Of a stretch of 64,000 nucleotides of DNA, positions 24,422 through 36,639 are shown piece by piece. The stretch's first letter is position 1; every line of letters starts with the position of its first letter. Made by a program: the position numbers and the translations under genes. The notes under the pieces are model-generated. The model saw only the letters and a program-made list of their open reading frames with translations, was not told the DNA's origin and did not search any database. Source of the DNA: Mobula hypostoma (taxonomy: Eukaryota); the NCBI RefSeq assembly GCF_963921235.1, contig NC_086118.1, positions 38,254,001 to 38,318,000 of the forward strand, read 5' to 3'.

Positions 24422-25880
24422 TAGAAACATAGAAAACCTACAGCAAAATACAGGCCCTTCAGCCCACAAAGCTGTACCGAACATGTCCTTACCTTAGAAA
24501 TTACCTAGGGTTACCCATAGCCCTCTATTTTTCTAAGCTCCATGTACCTATCCAGGAGTCTCTTAAAAGACCCTATCGTATCCACCTCCACCACCATCGC
24601 CAGCAGCCCATTCCATGCATTCACTACTCTCTGCATAAAGAAACTTACCCCTGACATCTCCTCTGTACCTACTTCCAAGCACCTTAAAACTGTGCCCTCT
24701 CATGCTAGCCATTTCAGCCCTGGGAAAAGGCCTCTGACTATCCACACAATCAATGCCTCTCATCACCTTATACACCTTTATCAGGTCACCTCTCATCCTC
24801 CGTTGTTCCAAGGAAAAAAGGCCAAGTTCACTCAATCTATTCTCATAAGGCATGCTCCCCAATCCAGGCAACATCCTTGTAAATCTCCTTTGCACCCTTT
24901 CTAAAATTTCCACATCCTTCTTGTAATGAGGTGACCAGAACTGATCACAGTACTCCAAGTGGGCTCTGACCAGGGTCCTATATAGCTGCAACATTACCTC
25001 TCAGCTCTTAAACTCAATCCCATGATTGATGAAAGCCAATGCACCGTATGCTTTCTTAACCACAGAGTCAACCTAGAAGGGAGGAGAAGATGGCAGCGCG
25101 ATGCAGCGCGTGTGACCACTCCGAAATGATATCGGTATTTGTTAAGTAGGTACCGTGCACAATCCTGATTTGATGGAGACAGAAGTGAGAAGCATGGAGG
25201 AACATCTGGAGAAACTTCTGAAATGCCTGCTTTGCTGCTGCTGCTACTGTGCGATCGAGAATCTCTGGAGGGGAAGGCCCCAAATCCTCGGCTTTGCCTA
25301 CTGCCTGTTGCCGGGGCCGGGGTCGAAGCGCTCGGCAGAGATGGTGCTCGGTTCTCAGTGTCGGAGGGCTGGTCGGAGGCTCGAAGTTTTCAGATGGACT
25401 CAAGAGTCGGCTGTGGTCGGGTGCTTCCAAGGTGCTGCATCGGCAAGTTTGCAGTGCTGGAGGTTCATGGCAGGGAGAGTTTCTCCCTTCTACCGTCTGC
25501 GTGAGATGATAGGACTTTCGAGAGACTTTGAGACTTCTTTTTTACCGTGCCCGTGGTCTGTTCTTTATCAAATTATGGTATTGCTTTGCACTGTTGTAAC
25601 TATATGTTACAATTATGTGGTTTTTGTCAGTTCTTTTTTAGTCTTGGTTTGTCTTGTGTTTCTGTGATATCATACTAGAGAAACATTGTATCATTTCTTA
25701 ATGCATGCATTACTAAATGACAATAAAAGAGGACTGCATGTCCTCATAATCTAATTTTAAAAAATCTGCGCAGCAGCTTTGAGTGTCCTATGGACTTGGA
25801 CCCCAAGATCCCTCTGATCCTCCACACTGCCAAAAGTCTTACCATTAATACTATATTCTGTCATCATATTTGACCTACTA
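24422..25880 (-). mobile_element. CR1 LINE 3' part, interrupted by the 680-bp element
   Basis: MLQLYRTLVRAHLEYCDQFWSPHYKKDVEILERVQRRFTRMLPG, with a ttctatgt tail. Confidence 0.9.
25075..25762 (+). mobile_element. ~680-bp non-autonomous retroelement, copy 2
   Basis: Inserted in CR1 with an approximate TSD aacct / aatct. Head ggaggagaagatggcagcg; tail tgacaataaaagaggactgcatgtcctcataatctaat. Confidence 0.9.
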
Positions 25881-26073
25881 GTATATAATTGGATTATATA
25901 CCAATGATAATATATTCATTCTGAATTTTGTACTTTGCACCACTGTGACACCCTTGGAGAAGAGGAAGACTGGAAAAACAGAAAAGTACGAAATGTTGCT
26001 GATGAAAATAATTTTAATTTTTCCATTATGGTCACTTTTAACTGATTATGCAAATAGCTGTCATTATATGTGA

Positions 26074-26190
26074 GACACAAGAGAATGCAGATGCTGGAAT
26101 ATGGGGCAACAAACCATCTGCAGTTTGAGCAGCATCTGTGGGAGGAACGGAATTGTTGACATTTCGGGCTGAAACCCTGTATCAGGATTA
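26074..26190 (-). mobile_element. Penelope pseudo-LTR fragment
   Basis: Reverse complement reads cCTGATACagggtttcagcccGAAAtGTCaac, an altered hammerhead core. Confidence 0.65.
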
Positions 26191-26229
26191 TTGCATGTGA
26201 GTTTTGACAATGAGTCTTGATGCCTTAAG

Positions 26230-26628
26230 ATGTAGACAATTTTATTCCTTGGAGTGTAGGAGCATGAGGTATTTTACCTTATGAAGGGTATAGATAGGAT
26301 AAACGCAAGCAGGCTTTCTCCACTGAGGTTGGGTGAGACTAGAACTAGAGGTCATGATTAAGGGTGAAAGGTGAAATGTTTAAGGGGAACATGGGAGGGA
26401 TCTTCTTCACTCAGAGCGTGGTGACAGTGTGGAACGAGCTGCCAGCGTAAGTGGTGAATGCGGGTTCAATTTCAACATTTCACTGTTAAGTACATGGATA
26501 GAAGTGGTATGGAGGGCAATGGTCCAAATGCAAGGCGATTGGACTAGGCAGAATAACAGTTTGGCAAGGACTAGATGGGCCGAAGGACCTGTTTCTCTGC
26601 TGTAGTGTTATATGACTTTATGACTCTA
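26230..26628 (+). mobile_element. CR1 LINE 3' end
   Basis: actagaggtcatggattaagggtgaaagg (TRGHGLRVKG) and a (atgactct)n tail. Same subfamily as 41815-42200. Confidence 0.8.
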
Positions 26629-26925
26629 TATTACTGAAGCAGATTTTGTCCTTGCCTAACAACCCCACATACACCTGTGTCTCATTCAAGGAGAACTGAC
26701 AGCTATCTGGAAAAGTGGCTCAGTGCACTATTCCTCTCTCTACTCCAGGGAGGAGACCGACATAAAAAAAAATGCCAAGGTCAGAAAGACAAATTGTTTT
26801 GAAAAGGATTCACAGAGCAGGAAGGCTTTGCACCAGGACATTTCACTTCCTGTTAGGAGAAGTAAGTCCTTAATGTGACCATGCATCAATCAGATCAACA
26901 GGACTTCCGTTTCTTCTTAAATATT

Positions 26926-26982
26926 GTGCATGTATGTGTGTGTGTGTGTGTGTGCGCGCACAAGCACGCGCGTGTATGTGTG
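26926..26982. repeat. (TG)n/(CG)n alternating purine-pyrimidine microsatellite
   Basis: Directly visible. Confidence 0.85.
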
Positions 26983-29505
26983 TTTCTCTGAATTTCAAGA
27001 TAGTAGCTTCCTTTTCATACTGATTGCCATAAACTCTACTCTCAGCAAAGATCATATGCCACACAGAAATAGAATAGCTTCATAAGACCTGTATGCAAAC
27101 CTAGCTGAAGCTAAGCTTTGCATTAATTTAGTGCTCTATAAGTTGGAATGAGAATCTCAGTCACATACATATTCACCCAGGCCTTGTACCATTTTGCAAG
27201 TCGCCGATAAACTGCTGTAATTTTTGAAGCTGTATTCACTTTTGTTATGATATCTTTTGTAATACCGGTGAATTGAATCCTGTAAGCACTCACGAGGTTA
27301 GATCTTTAATATCAAATCTTCTTTTACCAAGATCGAAGGAGACCTAACAATATTGTTTTTTTAATGGGGGTCTGGCTACTTGTTGGACCCCTGAGGTCAG
27401 TTTATCAACAGGATTTCAATCAGTGAAGCAAATATCCAGCATGCTTCTACCTATCTGTAACTTCTCATTCACCTCCCAGAAATGCTGATGTGAAGATCTC
27501 TAATGGTATGTATCCCATTCATCCACCTTTGCAATGCCAATATATTGAATCTTAACAAGTATTAATCCATTAATATACCTTTTGGATTTAATTGCCAGAA
27601 CACTTGACCACAATAGATACCATTCACTCCCCTTTGAGATGGTGGTGGGCGGTCCTGTGACTCACGGGGTGAAAGGTTACAGCCATTATAAATCTCCATG
27701 TCTACTGGCTGAGGAAACAATCAGACAAAAATGTTTAGTTAAACCATACAAGTCTTTGATTGATCCGAACACTGCCCAGATTCTCTGCGGTGTAAAAAAT
27801 AAATCAAAGTCCACAAGAAAGAAAGGTTTGTAGAGTCCTTCTTTGTCTTCCCAGATCGTCTCTTGAAAAAGAGGAGGCTTGCTCCTGCACGAGTGCACAG
27901 GTTCTGAGGTGACTGATGAGTGTTATGTGGAATTCAAAGCCTAAATGGAGCTTGATGAGAGAAGTCACTGGGCTTATTCCACTCTTTACCCCGGCCTTCC
28001 ACATGATCTCATCTGAGAGGCTGAAAAAGGACAAAGTGATTTCCGAGATGTTTCTTTACTTCAGCATGTTACACACTCTTGAGCCAGAGGTTCCAGTGAG
28101 CCAGTGATGATTCTATATTTTCCAGGGAGGATTTGCAAGTGCTTTTCTCTTGAAAAGCATTTTCTCTGACAATAGATTATCCATCTAAGTGCCCTCAGTT
28201 CTGATCAGTTATACTTCCTGGAAGTTGTTTGCCACCTCACCTACTCGATTTGTCGCCATTTATGCCCCCCATGCCTATGTCAGGCCCCATATGTGGGACC
28301 AATCCCATGACTATTGCATAGGCTAATCCTGAGCATCTGTACTTTCAAATACCAGCTTCCAATCGTAGACTGATACAGCACTAGATGTCCATCAACTCCA
28401 TTTCCGTTATGTTTTGTAACTCCTAAACATAGAATTAATTGAAAGAAAAACACGGAGCCGGGAATAAATTTGTGTACTTTGTTTTTGCTTTAGTGAAGTG
28501 TGCAATTATGACGTAGTGGTGTAATGATGTATGTCATTCACGTACTTTTACACAGCATAATAAATTTTAATTTGTCCTATTCAGGCTTAAAGATTTAATC
28601 ACTGTGGAGGATTTCTTACTCTTGTGGGACAACATCTTTCCTGACAAGGGTGGAGTCACTCTGCTTGGCAGGTGAGACTTGTGCTGTGAAACAATCTCAG
28701 ATATTGGGGCCTCCTCTGCAGTGGTTGTAGGAACTGACTGGGACTGCAGGAATTGGTTCTGACAGCCCTGGACACCGTTCTTCTCCAACAATTTATTCTG
28801 CTCTCCTCAATTGATCGGTGTGTCATCTCCAGATGACATCAGACACAATCTTCACTGCATAGGAGAGTGGTCCAGTTCTATACCTCAATCTTTCCTGGTA
28901 CCCACTTTTGATCACCACTATAGTCCCATGTTAGGCCTGCTTGTTCAGGAGTGAAATATAGAACATGCTTGTATGAGGAGCACTCATTTTGTCTCAGCTA
29001 TTTGTCCTGCATACTCCTTCTGAGATTGGGTTTGAGGAGGTCCGAGCACGAATGCCATGGACGACCCAGGAGCAACATAGTGGGTGAGTTGTTAGTTGTG
29101 GAGTGTGCTGCCTTGGTTTATGCAAGGTGGAAAATGGCGATCTTCTAGTCAAGTGTTGGAGTAGTGTGTTCTGCTGACATTGCTTGCAGTGCATTTTTAG
29201 ACTCCGGACAAACCTGTCCACCAAGCCATTTGTAGCTGGATGGTACAGTGCAGATGTAATATGAGGTACTCCATTCAACTTCAGGAATGACTGAAGCTGT
29301 TTCACAACAAACTGTGGTCCATTGTCACTGACTAAGTGTTCTGGAATGTCAGGTCTTGAGAAGAGGCTTCTCAACACATCAGTCGTGTGCAAGGCTGTAA
29401 TGAAGGCTATTGGGAACACTCCTGGCCACTTTGTAGCCACTAATGCCAAGAAATTTGTGCCCACGAATGGTCCAGCAAAATCCACATGAAACTTCTGCCA
29501 GAACA

Positions 29506-29990
29506 ATGAATTGAATTGACTTTATTTCTTACATCCTTCACATACACGAGGAATAAAAATTTTTATGTTACGTCTCCGTCTAAATGTGCATTGTGCAATT
29601 ATAGTAATTTATAATAATTTATAACAAATAGAACGGTCAATGTAGCATAGAAATACACTCAGAGCAGTGTAAGTTAATCAGTCCGATGGCCTGGTGGAAG
29701 AAGCTGTTCCGGAACCTGTTGGTCCTGGCTTTTATGCTGTGGTACCATTTTCCAGATGGTAGCAGCTGGAATAGATTATGGTTGGGGTGACTTGGGTCCC
29801 CAATGATCCTTCGGGCCCTTTTCTTATACCAGTCTTTATAAATGTCCTGAATCATGGGAAGTTCACAACTACAGATGCGCTGGGCTGTCCGCACCACTCT
29901 CTGCAGAGTCCTGCGATTGAGGGAAGTACAGTTCCCATACCCGGCAGTGATGCAGCCAGTCAGGATGCTCTCAGTTGTGCCCCTGTAGAA
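29506..29990 (-). mobile_element. Rex1-like LINE 3' end inserted in the Gypsy integrase region
   Basis: FYRGTTESILTGCITAGYGNC...HNLFQLLPSGK...RNSFFHQAI, with an aataaagtcaattcaattca tail. Confidence 0.88.
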
Positions 29991-32079
29991 AGAGTGTTCC
30001 CAATGCAGGCCATTCCAAGGGATGGAGAGGTGCTGCTCTTGGCATCTTCTGGATGTGTTGGCTCCTGAACAATGTATGGCAAGCTGCTCAATCTCCTGAT
30101 CTATCCCAACCACCAAGCCAATTCTTTCATCTTGATCATGCCTAGATGTCCAACATGTAGCTCCTCCAATACTTCAGCTGTCAGCTTGAATGGTACAACA
30201 GTTCTTAATTTCCACATAAGGCAACCCCTATCAAGCTGGTGTTGATAAAAATGGGAGAAATGGACTTTCTGCAGCACATTCCAGCCATTTTGACTTGCCA
30301 TGTAGACTTGAGACAATGTGGGGTCTTTTCTAGTTTCCTTTTTGATCATTTCTGCTGTAATAGGGAGAATATGTCAAGAGGACATATTCTCTTTTGCAAA
30401 CTTTTTCAGGTACTTTCTTTTCCAACAATAAATGAGACAATCCTTCAGCATTTCCATGATTAATTGTCCTCTTGAATTTGATCTTATAATTGTGCCATCC
30501 AAGAAACAGAGCCCATCTCTGCGTTCGAGCTGCTGCTCTTAGTGGAACACCCTTCTGTTGGATTGAAAATGGATACTAGTGGTTGATGATCAGTAATGAG
30601 GGTTCTATCTCCCCTACAAGAACTGGTTGAAAGGCTTAACCCCCCAAATCAAACTCAAGGCCACCCTGTCTATCTGTGCGTAATTTTCCTTTGCAGTGGT
30701 AAGGCAATGGGGTGTTCACTTCCATCACTCATAACACGTGACAAGTCTGTACCTATAATCATAGGTGTAGTGTCACAGGCAACCTCAGTGGACGATGTGG
30801 ATCATAATGTGTGAGTACAATGTCTGACGTCACCACTTCCCATATCAGTTTGAAAGCCATGTCACACTGCTTTGTGCATTGCCATTTCTTCCCGATCTGT
30901 ACTAATGAGTTCAAGGGGTGTAGCCAAGTAGCCAAGTTTGACAGGAACCTATTAAAGTAATTGACAAATCCTAAAAGGGACCACAATTAGGACCTGTCCT
31001 TTGACCCTTGTGGCATCCACCACTGCATGAATTTTCTCAGCATACTTGTGAAATTCTTGGGTGTCAATGGTGTGACCGCAGTAAGTGATGCTTGGTTGAA
31101 AGAATTCCCATTTGTTGTGTCATGCTCTGAGTCCATAACCTTATAATCCTTTTAACACCATCTTATGATTTTTGAGGTGTTCCTTGTCAGCCTTAGCCAT
31201 AAAATAATGTCATCCAGGTAACACTAAGTACCTGGGCAGCCTTGCAGTATCTGATCCATAGCTTTCTGCCAGAATGCAGATGCAGATACAACTCCAAAAT
31301 TAAGCCTATAATAGTGATAAATCCCTTTGTGAGTGTTGATGGTAAGAAATACCTAGGACTTTTCTTCTATCTCCATTTGCAGCTAGGCCTCAGCTAAGTC
31401 CAATTTGGGTGAAGCGTTTCTTTCAAGAAAAGTTTGTAAAGATATCCTCCATCCTGGGCAGACAGTATTGATCTACTTTCAGTACTGGGTTGATGGTGAC
31501 CTTAAAATAACCACAGATCCTGAGAGACCCGTCCTTCATTGGAACACTGGTGTTGCCTATGGGCTCCACTCCATCTTTGAAAGAACTCCTTCAGCCCCCA
31601 TGAAATCTAGCTCACTGGCTACTTTATCATGGATGGTATAAGGGATGGGTGGGCTTCATAAAACCTGGATGTGGCATTTTCATTTAACATTATTATACCC
31701 TTGATATATTTGACTACTCCAATGCTGTCCTTGAACACCTCTGTGAAATCACCTAGAACTTTTCTTAATTTGCTGTCAGCTGACTCTATTGCAGGGAATG
31801 TGGCATGCAAATTCTGATGGACTTCCAATCAAATTGCAGTTGTCTCAGCCAATCATGAGCCCACAATGCTGGCCCTCCTGTTTTTCCACATACAAGCCCA
31901 ATGTGGCTTGTTGGTTGTTGTATTTCCTACAGGAATATACTGACATTTCTTCAGTATAAATTCTTAGTTGGATATTTGTAGGCTTCAGTATCTTTGAAAT
32001 GCTGATCAGACTCATGTGGTGAAATGACTGAACCAGCCGAGCCAGTGTCTCAATTCTTTTTTAACTTATTTGCCATTCA

Positions 32080-33003
32080 CTTCTTGTGTAAGCCATACAG
32101 GGATCGCTCCCTATGCGACTTCCTTCTCCATTCGTCCCCCCATCCCTCCCCACTGATCTCCCTCCTGGCACTTATCCTTGTAAGCGGAACAAGTGCTACA
32201 TGTGCCCTTACACTTCCTCCCTTACCACCATTCAGGGCCCCAGACAGTCCTTCCAGGTGAGGCAACACTTCACCTGTGAGTAGGCTGGGGTGATATACTG
32301 TGTCCGGTGCTCCCGATGTGGCCTTCTATATATTGGCGGGACCCGACGCAGACTGGGAGATCGCTTTGCCGAATACCTACGCTCTGTCCGCCTGAGAAAG
32401 CAGGATCTCCCAGTGGCCACACATTTTAATTCCACATCCCATTCCCATTCTGATATGTCTATCCACGGCCTCCTCTACTGTAAAGATGAAGCCACACTCA
32501 GGTTGGAGGAACAACACCTTATATTCCATCTGGGTAGCCTCCAACCTGATGGCATGAACATTGATTTCTCTAACTTCCGCTAGTGCCCCACCTTCCCCTC
32601 GTACCCCATCCATTATTTATTTATATACACACATTCTTTCTCTCTCTCTCTCTCCTTTTTCTCCCTCTGTCCCTCTCACTACACCCTTTGCCCATCCTCT
32701 GGGTTTTTCCACCCTCCTCCTTTTCTTTCTCCCTAGGCCTCCTGTCCCATGATCCCCTCATATCCCTTTTGCCAATCAACTGTCCAGCTCTTGGCTGCAT
32801 CCCACCGCCTCCTGTCTTCTCCTATCATTTCGGATCTCTCCCTCCCCCTCCTACTTTCAAATCTCTTACTAGCTCTTCCTCCAGTTAGTCCTGACGAACA
32901 TTGACTGTACCTCTTCCTAGAGATGCTGCCTGGCCTGCTGTGTTCACCAGCATTTTGTGTGTGTTGCTTGAATTTCCAGCATCTGCAGATTTCCTCGTGT
33001 TTA
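32080..33003 (+). mobile_element. Penelope-like element 3' part (Cys-rich linker, GIY-YIG endonuclease, pseudo-LTR) inserted in Gypsy
   Basis: Linker GTYPCKRNKCYMCPY (Neptune-like), then IYCVRCSRCGLLYIGGTRRRLGDRFAEY..VATHFN..EQHLI..LQPDGMN, a pyrimidine-rich UTR and a pseudo-LTR. Confidence 0.92.
32290..32583 (+). pseudogene. GIY-YIG endonuclease domain of a Penelope-like element
   Basis: IY..YIG..R..H..E..N catalytic layout. An upstream in-frame TAG at ~32281 and the missing RT indicate a 5'-truncated copy. Confidence 0.85.
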
Positions 33004-33407
33004 CTTATCTCTTGTTAGTTTTCACATTGTAAATGTCAAGGCTATCTAATCTGCTGTCACTCTCATCATTATCATATTTTTCATCAACAGCATGCTCTAA
33101 TTGAAACTTCAACTTGACTTTTTATTTTTTTCTCTTCCTATACCGTCTTTTTATTTTTGTCTGCCTGACGTGCTCTTTGTCTGTGTCCTACTTTGTTGCA
33201 TTTTCTGCAAGTTTCGCCATGAAACTCACATTGGTCTGGTGAATGTAAGCCCCTGCCACAACAGTAACACAATTTGTTTGGCCAGGCAGCTTTCTGTTTA
33301 GACGTTGCAATTTGGTTCATGTTCGCTTTCATTCCTGTCTGCAACTCAGTCGCGGTTCTGGCTGCTACTTCCATTGGTGTAGTGATTTCAACTGCTCATT
33401 TAAATGT

Positions 33408-34215
33408 GAAGTGCTTCTTGAGAAGACGGTGATGAGCTGCCTTCTTGAACCGCTGCAGTCCTTGAGGTGTAGGTACACCCACAGTGCCGTTAGGGAGGGA
33501 ATTCCATGAATTTGACCCAGCACTAATGAAGGACCAGTGATATGTTTCCAAGTCAGGATGGTAATTGACTTGGAGGGGGTATTTCCAAGTGGTGGTGTTC
33601 CCAGGTATCTGCTGTTCTCATCCTTTGAGATGATAGTGGTCCTGGATCTGGAAGGTGCTGCCTTAGGAACTTTGGTGTGTTGTTGCAGTGCATTTTGTAG
33701 ATAGTACACACTGCTGCAACTGTTCGTCAATGGTGGAGGGATTGGATGCTTGTGGAAGGGGTACCAATCAAGTGGGCTGCCTTGTTCTGGATGGTGTCCA
33801 GCTTCTTGGGTGTTGATGGAGCTGCACTCATTCAGATGAGTGGTGAGTATTCCATTACACTCCTGACCTGAGCCTTGTAGGTGGACAGGCTTTGAGGAGT
33901 CAGGAAGTGAGTTACACGCTGCAGGATTCCTAGCCTTTGACCTGCTCTGGTAGCCACAGTGTTTATATGGCTAGACCAGTTCAGTTTCCTGTCAATGGTA
34001 ACCCCCAGGATGTTGATAGTAGGGGATTCAGTGATGGTGATGCCACTGAATGTCAAGGGGCAATGGTTAGAGCCTCTCTTATTGGAGATGGTCGTTGCCT
34101 GGCACTTGTGTAGCTCGAATGTTACCTGCCACTCGTCAGCCCAAGCCCAGACATTGTCCAGGTCCTGCTACATTTGGGTATGAAGTGCTTCACTATCTGA
34201 GGAGTCATGAATGGT
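33408..34215 (-). mobile_element. CR1/L2-group LINE 3' part inserted in Gypsy gag
   Basis: ILGVTIDRKLNWSSHI...YKAQVRSVMEYSPL, with 3' ggactgcagcggttcaagaaggcagctca. Confidence 0.85.
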
Positions 34216-36374
34216 GCAGAATATTGTGCAGTCATCTCAGTTCATTTACATCTTTCTGTTCTGAGGTTCTGCCCTCTGGTCCTAGATGTAAATGAATGCT
34301 CAGTGCATCATTAAGCCAATCACTGAACTGAAAATGCTTAGAGAATTTCTTCAATACAACCTTGTAAACTGAAATTAACTTCCCTTCCTTTTGATTCCAC
34401 TTATGAAACCTAAAGCATTTTGCAATCAACAAGATTTTTGGGTTCTAGATGTTCCTGCATTACTTTCATGATACGAGCAAAGCTCATTTCAGCTGGTATG
34501 ATTGGAGCAGTCAGACTCTAAGCAAACTGTATACTCTTCCACCAATTAGACTCAACAAAACAGGCACTCATTTCTCATTGCCTACTTCATTTACTTCAAA
34601 ATGCTTTTCAATTCATTCAGTAAACAACAGCCAGTTAGCTTTAGTGCAAATAAACATGTTTATATTTCTGATGTAGCCCGCCTTTTCTGTTTTTAAAAAA
34701 TTTATTATTAGTATCAATCTGTACACAATAATTATGAATCCATAAATTTCATCTATTTTCTTCCTTTATTTTAACTTGATTGTCTTGCTGCACTTCTGAA
34801 CAACAAAAATGTGCCGAACTTCTTTTTAACTTGAACGTCTCTTACTCTCCCCTTTGTGTAGAAAGAACACTTTGCACTTCAAGGGTACATTAATACTTAT
34901 CTTGGGTTCATTTTAAAATGTTCTTGTTTCCACTGTCAAATTTTTTTTAACACCAAAACATAAAACTAGTTGAAAGAAAAACATGGAGCCAAGGATAAAC
35001 GTGTGCTTTAGTCAGGCCTGCACTTATGATGTGGTGGTGTAAAATCATCTGCCATTCATGTACTTTTACATATAACTCATAATGAATTATTTAAGCAAGC
35101 AACAATTGTTTAATCAAACAATATATTTACAATATTATTCAACTATTACTAAATATTAAATACATCACAATATCAAATACGAATTCATGCCTTTCTTAAT
35201 CCTATTTAGCAGCAGATAGGGGATATCATATGTATGTGACATTTGTTGACATACCACTTATGACATTGTGGAAATATATTTAAAACTTTGAGATTTTTAA
35301 AATTTACTATGTCTTGTAATGTAACAAAATGGAACCTGTAGAATCCCACAGTGTTTTGCTATAAGCTAAGTGTACGTGCCAGGAGGCATGTAATGTCCTG
35401 GTCATTGTTCATTTTGTATCTAAGGGGAGGTTGATATACTTGTGGCCTTGAATACTTTGGCTGCTAAGTGGAGGAGCTGACTCTCAGAACAGATATCAGC
35501 CAAAGAATAGCCTGAAAACTTGTATAAAAATTGAACGTTGTAAGCTGTAAATCAGGAGCCTCCTGCCATCCATAAGGAGTGGACGGGGCCTTCTTCTTGC
35601 AAGAAATAAACATGCTTATGAACAAAACCACTCTTTTTTTTGTGGTTCTTTGTTATAAGGCCTAACAAAAGGAAAACAACAACATCCTCACCCATCATCC
35701 TCATACAGCTTTTGACTACCAGTACCGCTATGCACTCCTTTCAACTGCAGAGCAATCTTTCCAGTTCCTTGAGAGTCTTGGTGGGCCATTCTGTGCAGGT
35801 GCACAATTCAAACACTTCACCTGGATGAAGACAGCCAGCAAAAGGAAACCATTTGCTTCCATCTGGAAGAATTCATGGTGCACCTGTTGGGAAGTATAAA
35901 CATTTACATCAGAGGTGTGGCCTGCAACACACCAAGCAGGACAACATCAGATCCACAATGTACTGATCATTCACCACCATACCTGCAACTCCTGTGTGCT
36001 ACCCTCGTTACCCTTCAATATGTGTGCTTCCAATATTCTCCGAACCTCTAGATCATGGCTCCACTTCAGGCAGTGTTGGCTCACCATCTGCTTTCCCTCC
36101 TTCTCCAGCAGGGCCTGATCTCGTCATCCACTCCACCTCAAGATGGTATGCGCATGCACGAATGGGACATCTCTGACAATCTCGTCAACTGTAGCTAGAA
36201 AGTCATCTCCAATAACTTGCAATTAGAATCTTTCCCTATTCCCATACAACTATTGCCTATTAGAAGGCAGCTAGAGTGTGTCCACAGTGACATTCTGCTT
36301 TGATGTGCAGTATCCAATAGACTAATCCAGATACAGCAAGAAAGTAGCACAGCATTATAATTATACCGTGTTAG

Positions 36375-36638
36375 AGTTGCGGTGGACATCCTCAAGAAAG
36401 AGTGAAGTTTCTGAGATACACAAACCACCCCTTCTGGCACCAACAATCATTCCATGGTCAAAGTCACTTAGATCAGATTTCTTCCCCATTCTGATGTTTG
36501 GTCTGAGCAACAACTGAACCTTCTGACCATGTCTGCATGTTTTTATGCATTGAGTTGCTGCCATATGATTGGCTGATTAGACATTTGCATTAATGAGCAG
36601 GTGTTCAGGTGTACCTAATAAAGTGGCCACTGAGTGTA
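36375..36638 (-). mobile_element. Tc1-like element left end with transposase N-terminus
   Basis: TIR (TA)cactcagtggccactttattaggtacac and MGKKSDLSDFDHGMIVGARRGGLCISET. Confidence 0.85.
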
Positions 36639-36639
36639 T

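Larger units (their letters stand above)
28405..35169 (-). mobile_element. Gypsy/Ty3 LTR retrotransposon, full length but decayed, with three nested insertions
   Basis: LTR copies at 28405-~28565 and ~34940-35169 (gaaagaaaaaca.ggagcc), putative TSD atttc / atatc. Domain order gag (~34670-34220), CCHC knuckle (CRKCNKVGH), protease DTGS (~32050), RT YLDDI (~31215), RNase H (LLGFVNYFNRFL), integrase (HVDFAGPF..LVSDNGPQF..YHPATNGLVDR). Confidence 0.9.

Noticed and set aside
25155-25667. 170-aa Cys-rich ORF in the 680-bp element as a real protein
   Set aside because: The frame is broken by a stop in copy 1 and a frameshift in copy 3, and it has no recognisable domain.
29637-30116. 159-aa ORF as a novel fusion gene
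   Set aside because: It is chance read-through from decayed Gypsy integrase sequence into an inserted Rex1 3' fragment.
35640-36200. Possible very old RTE/LINE fragment
   Set aside because: The motifs are too degraded to assign without an alignment.
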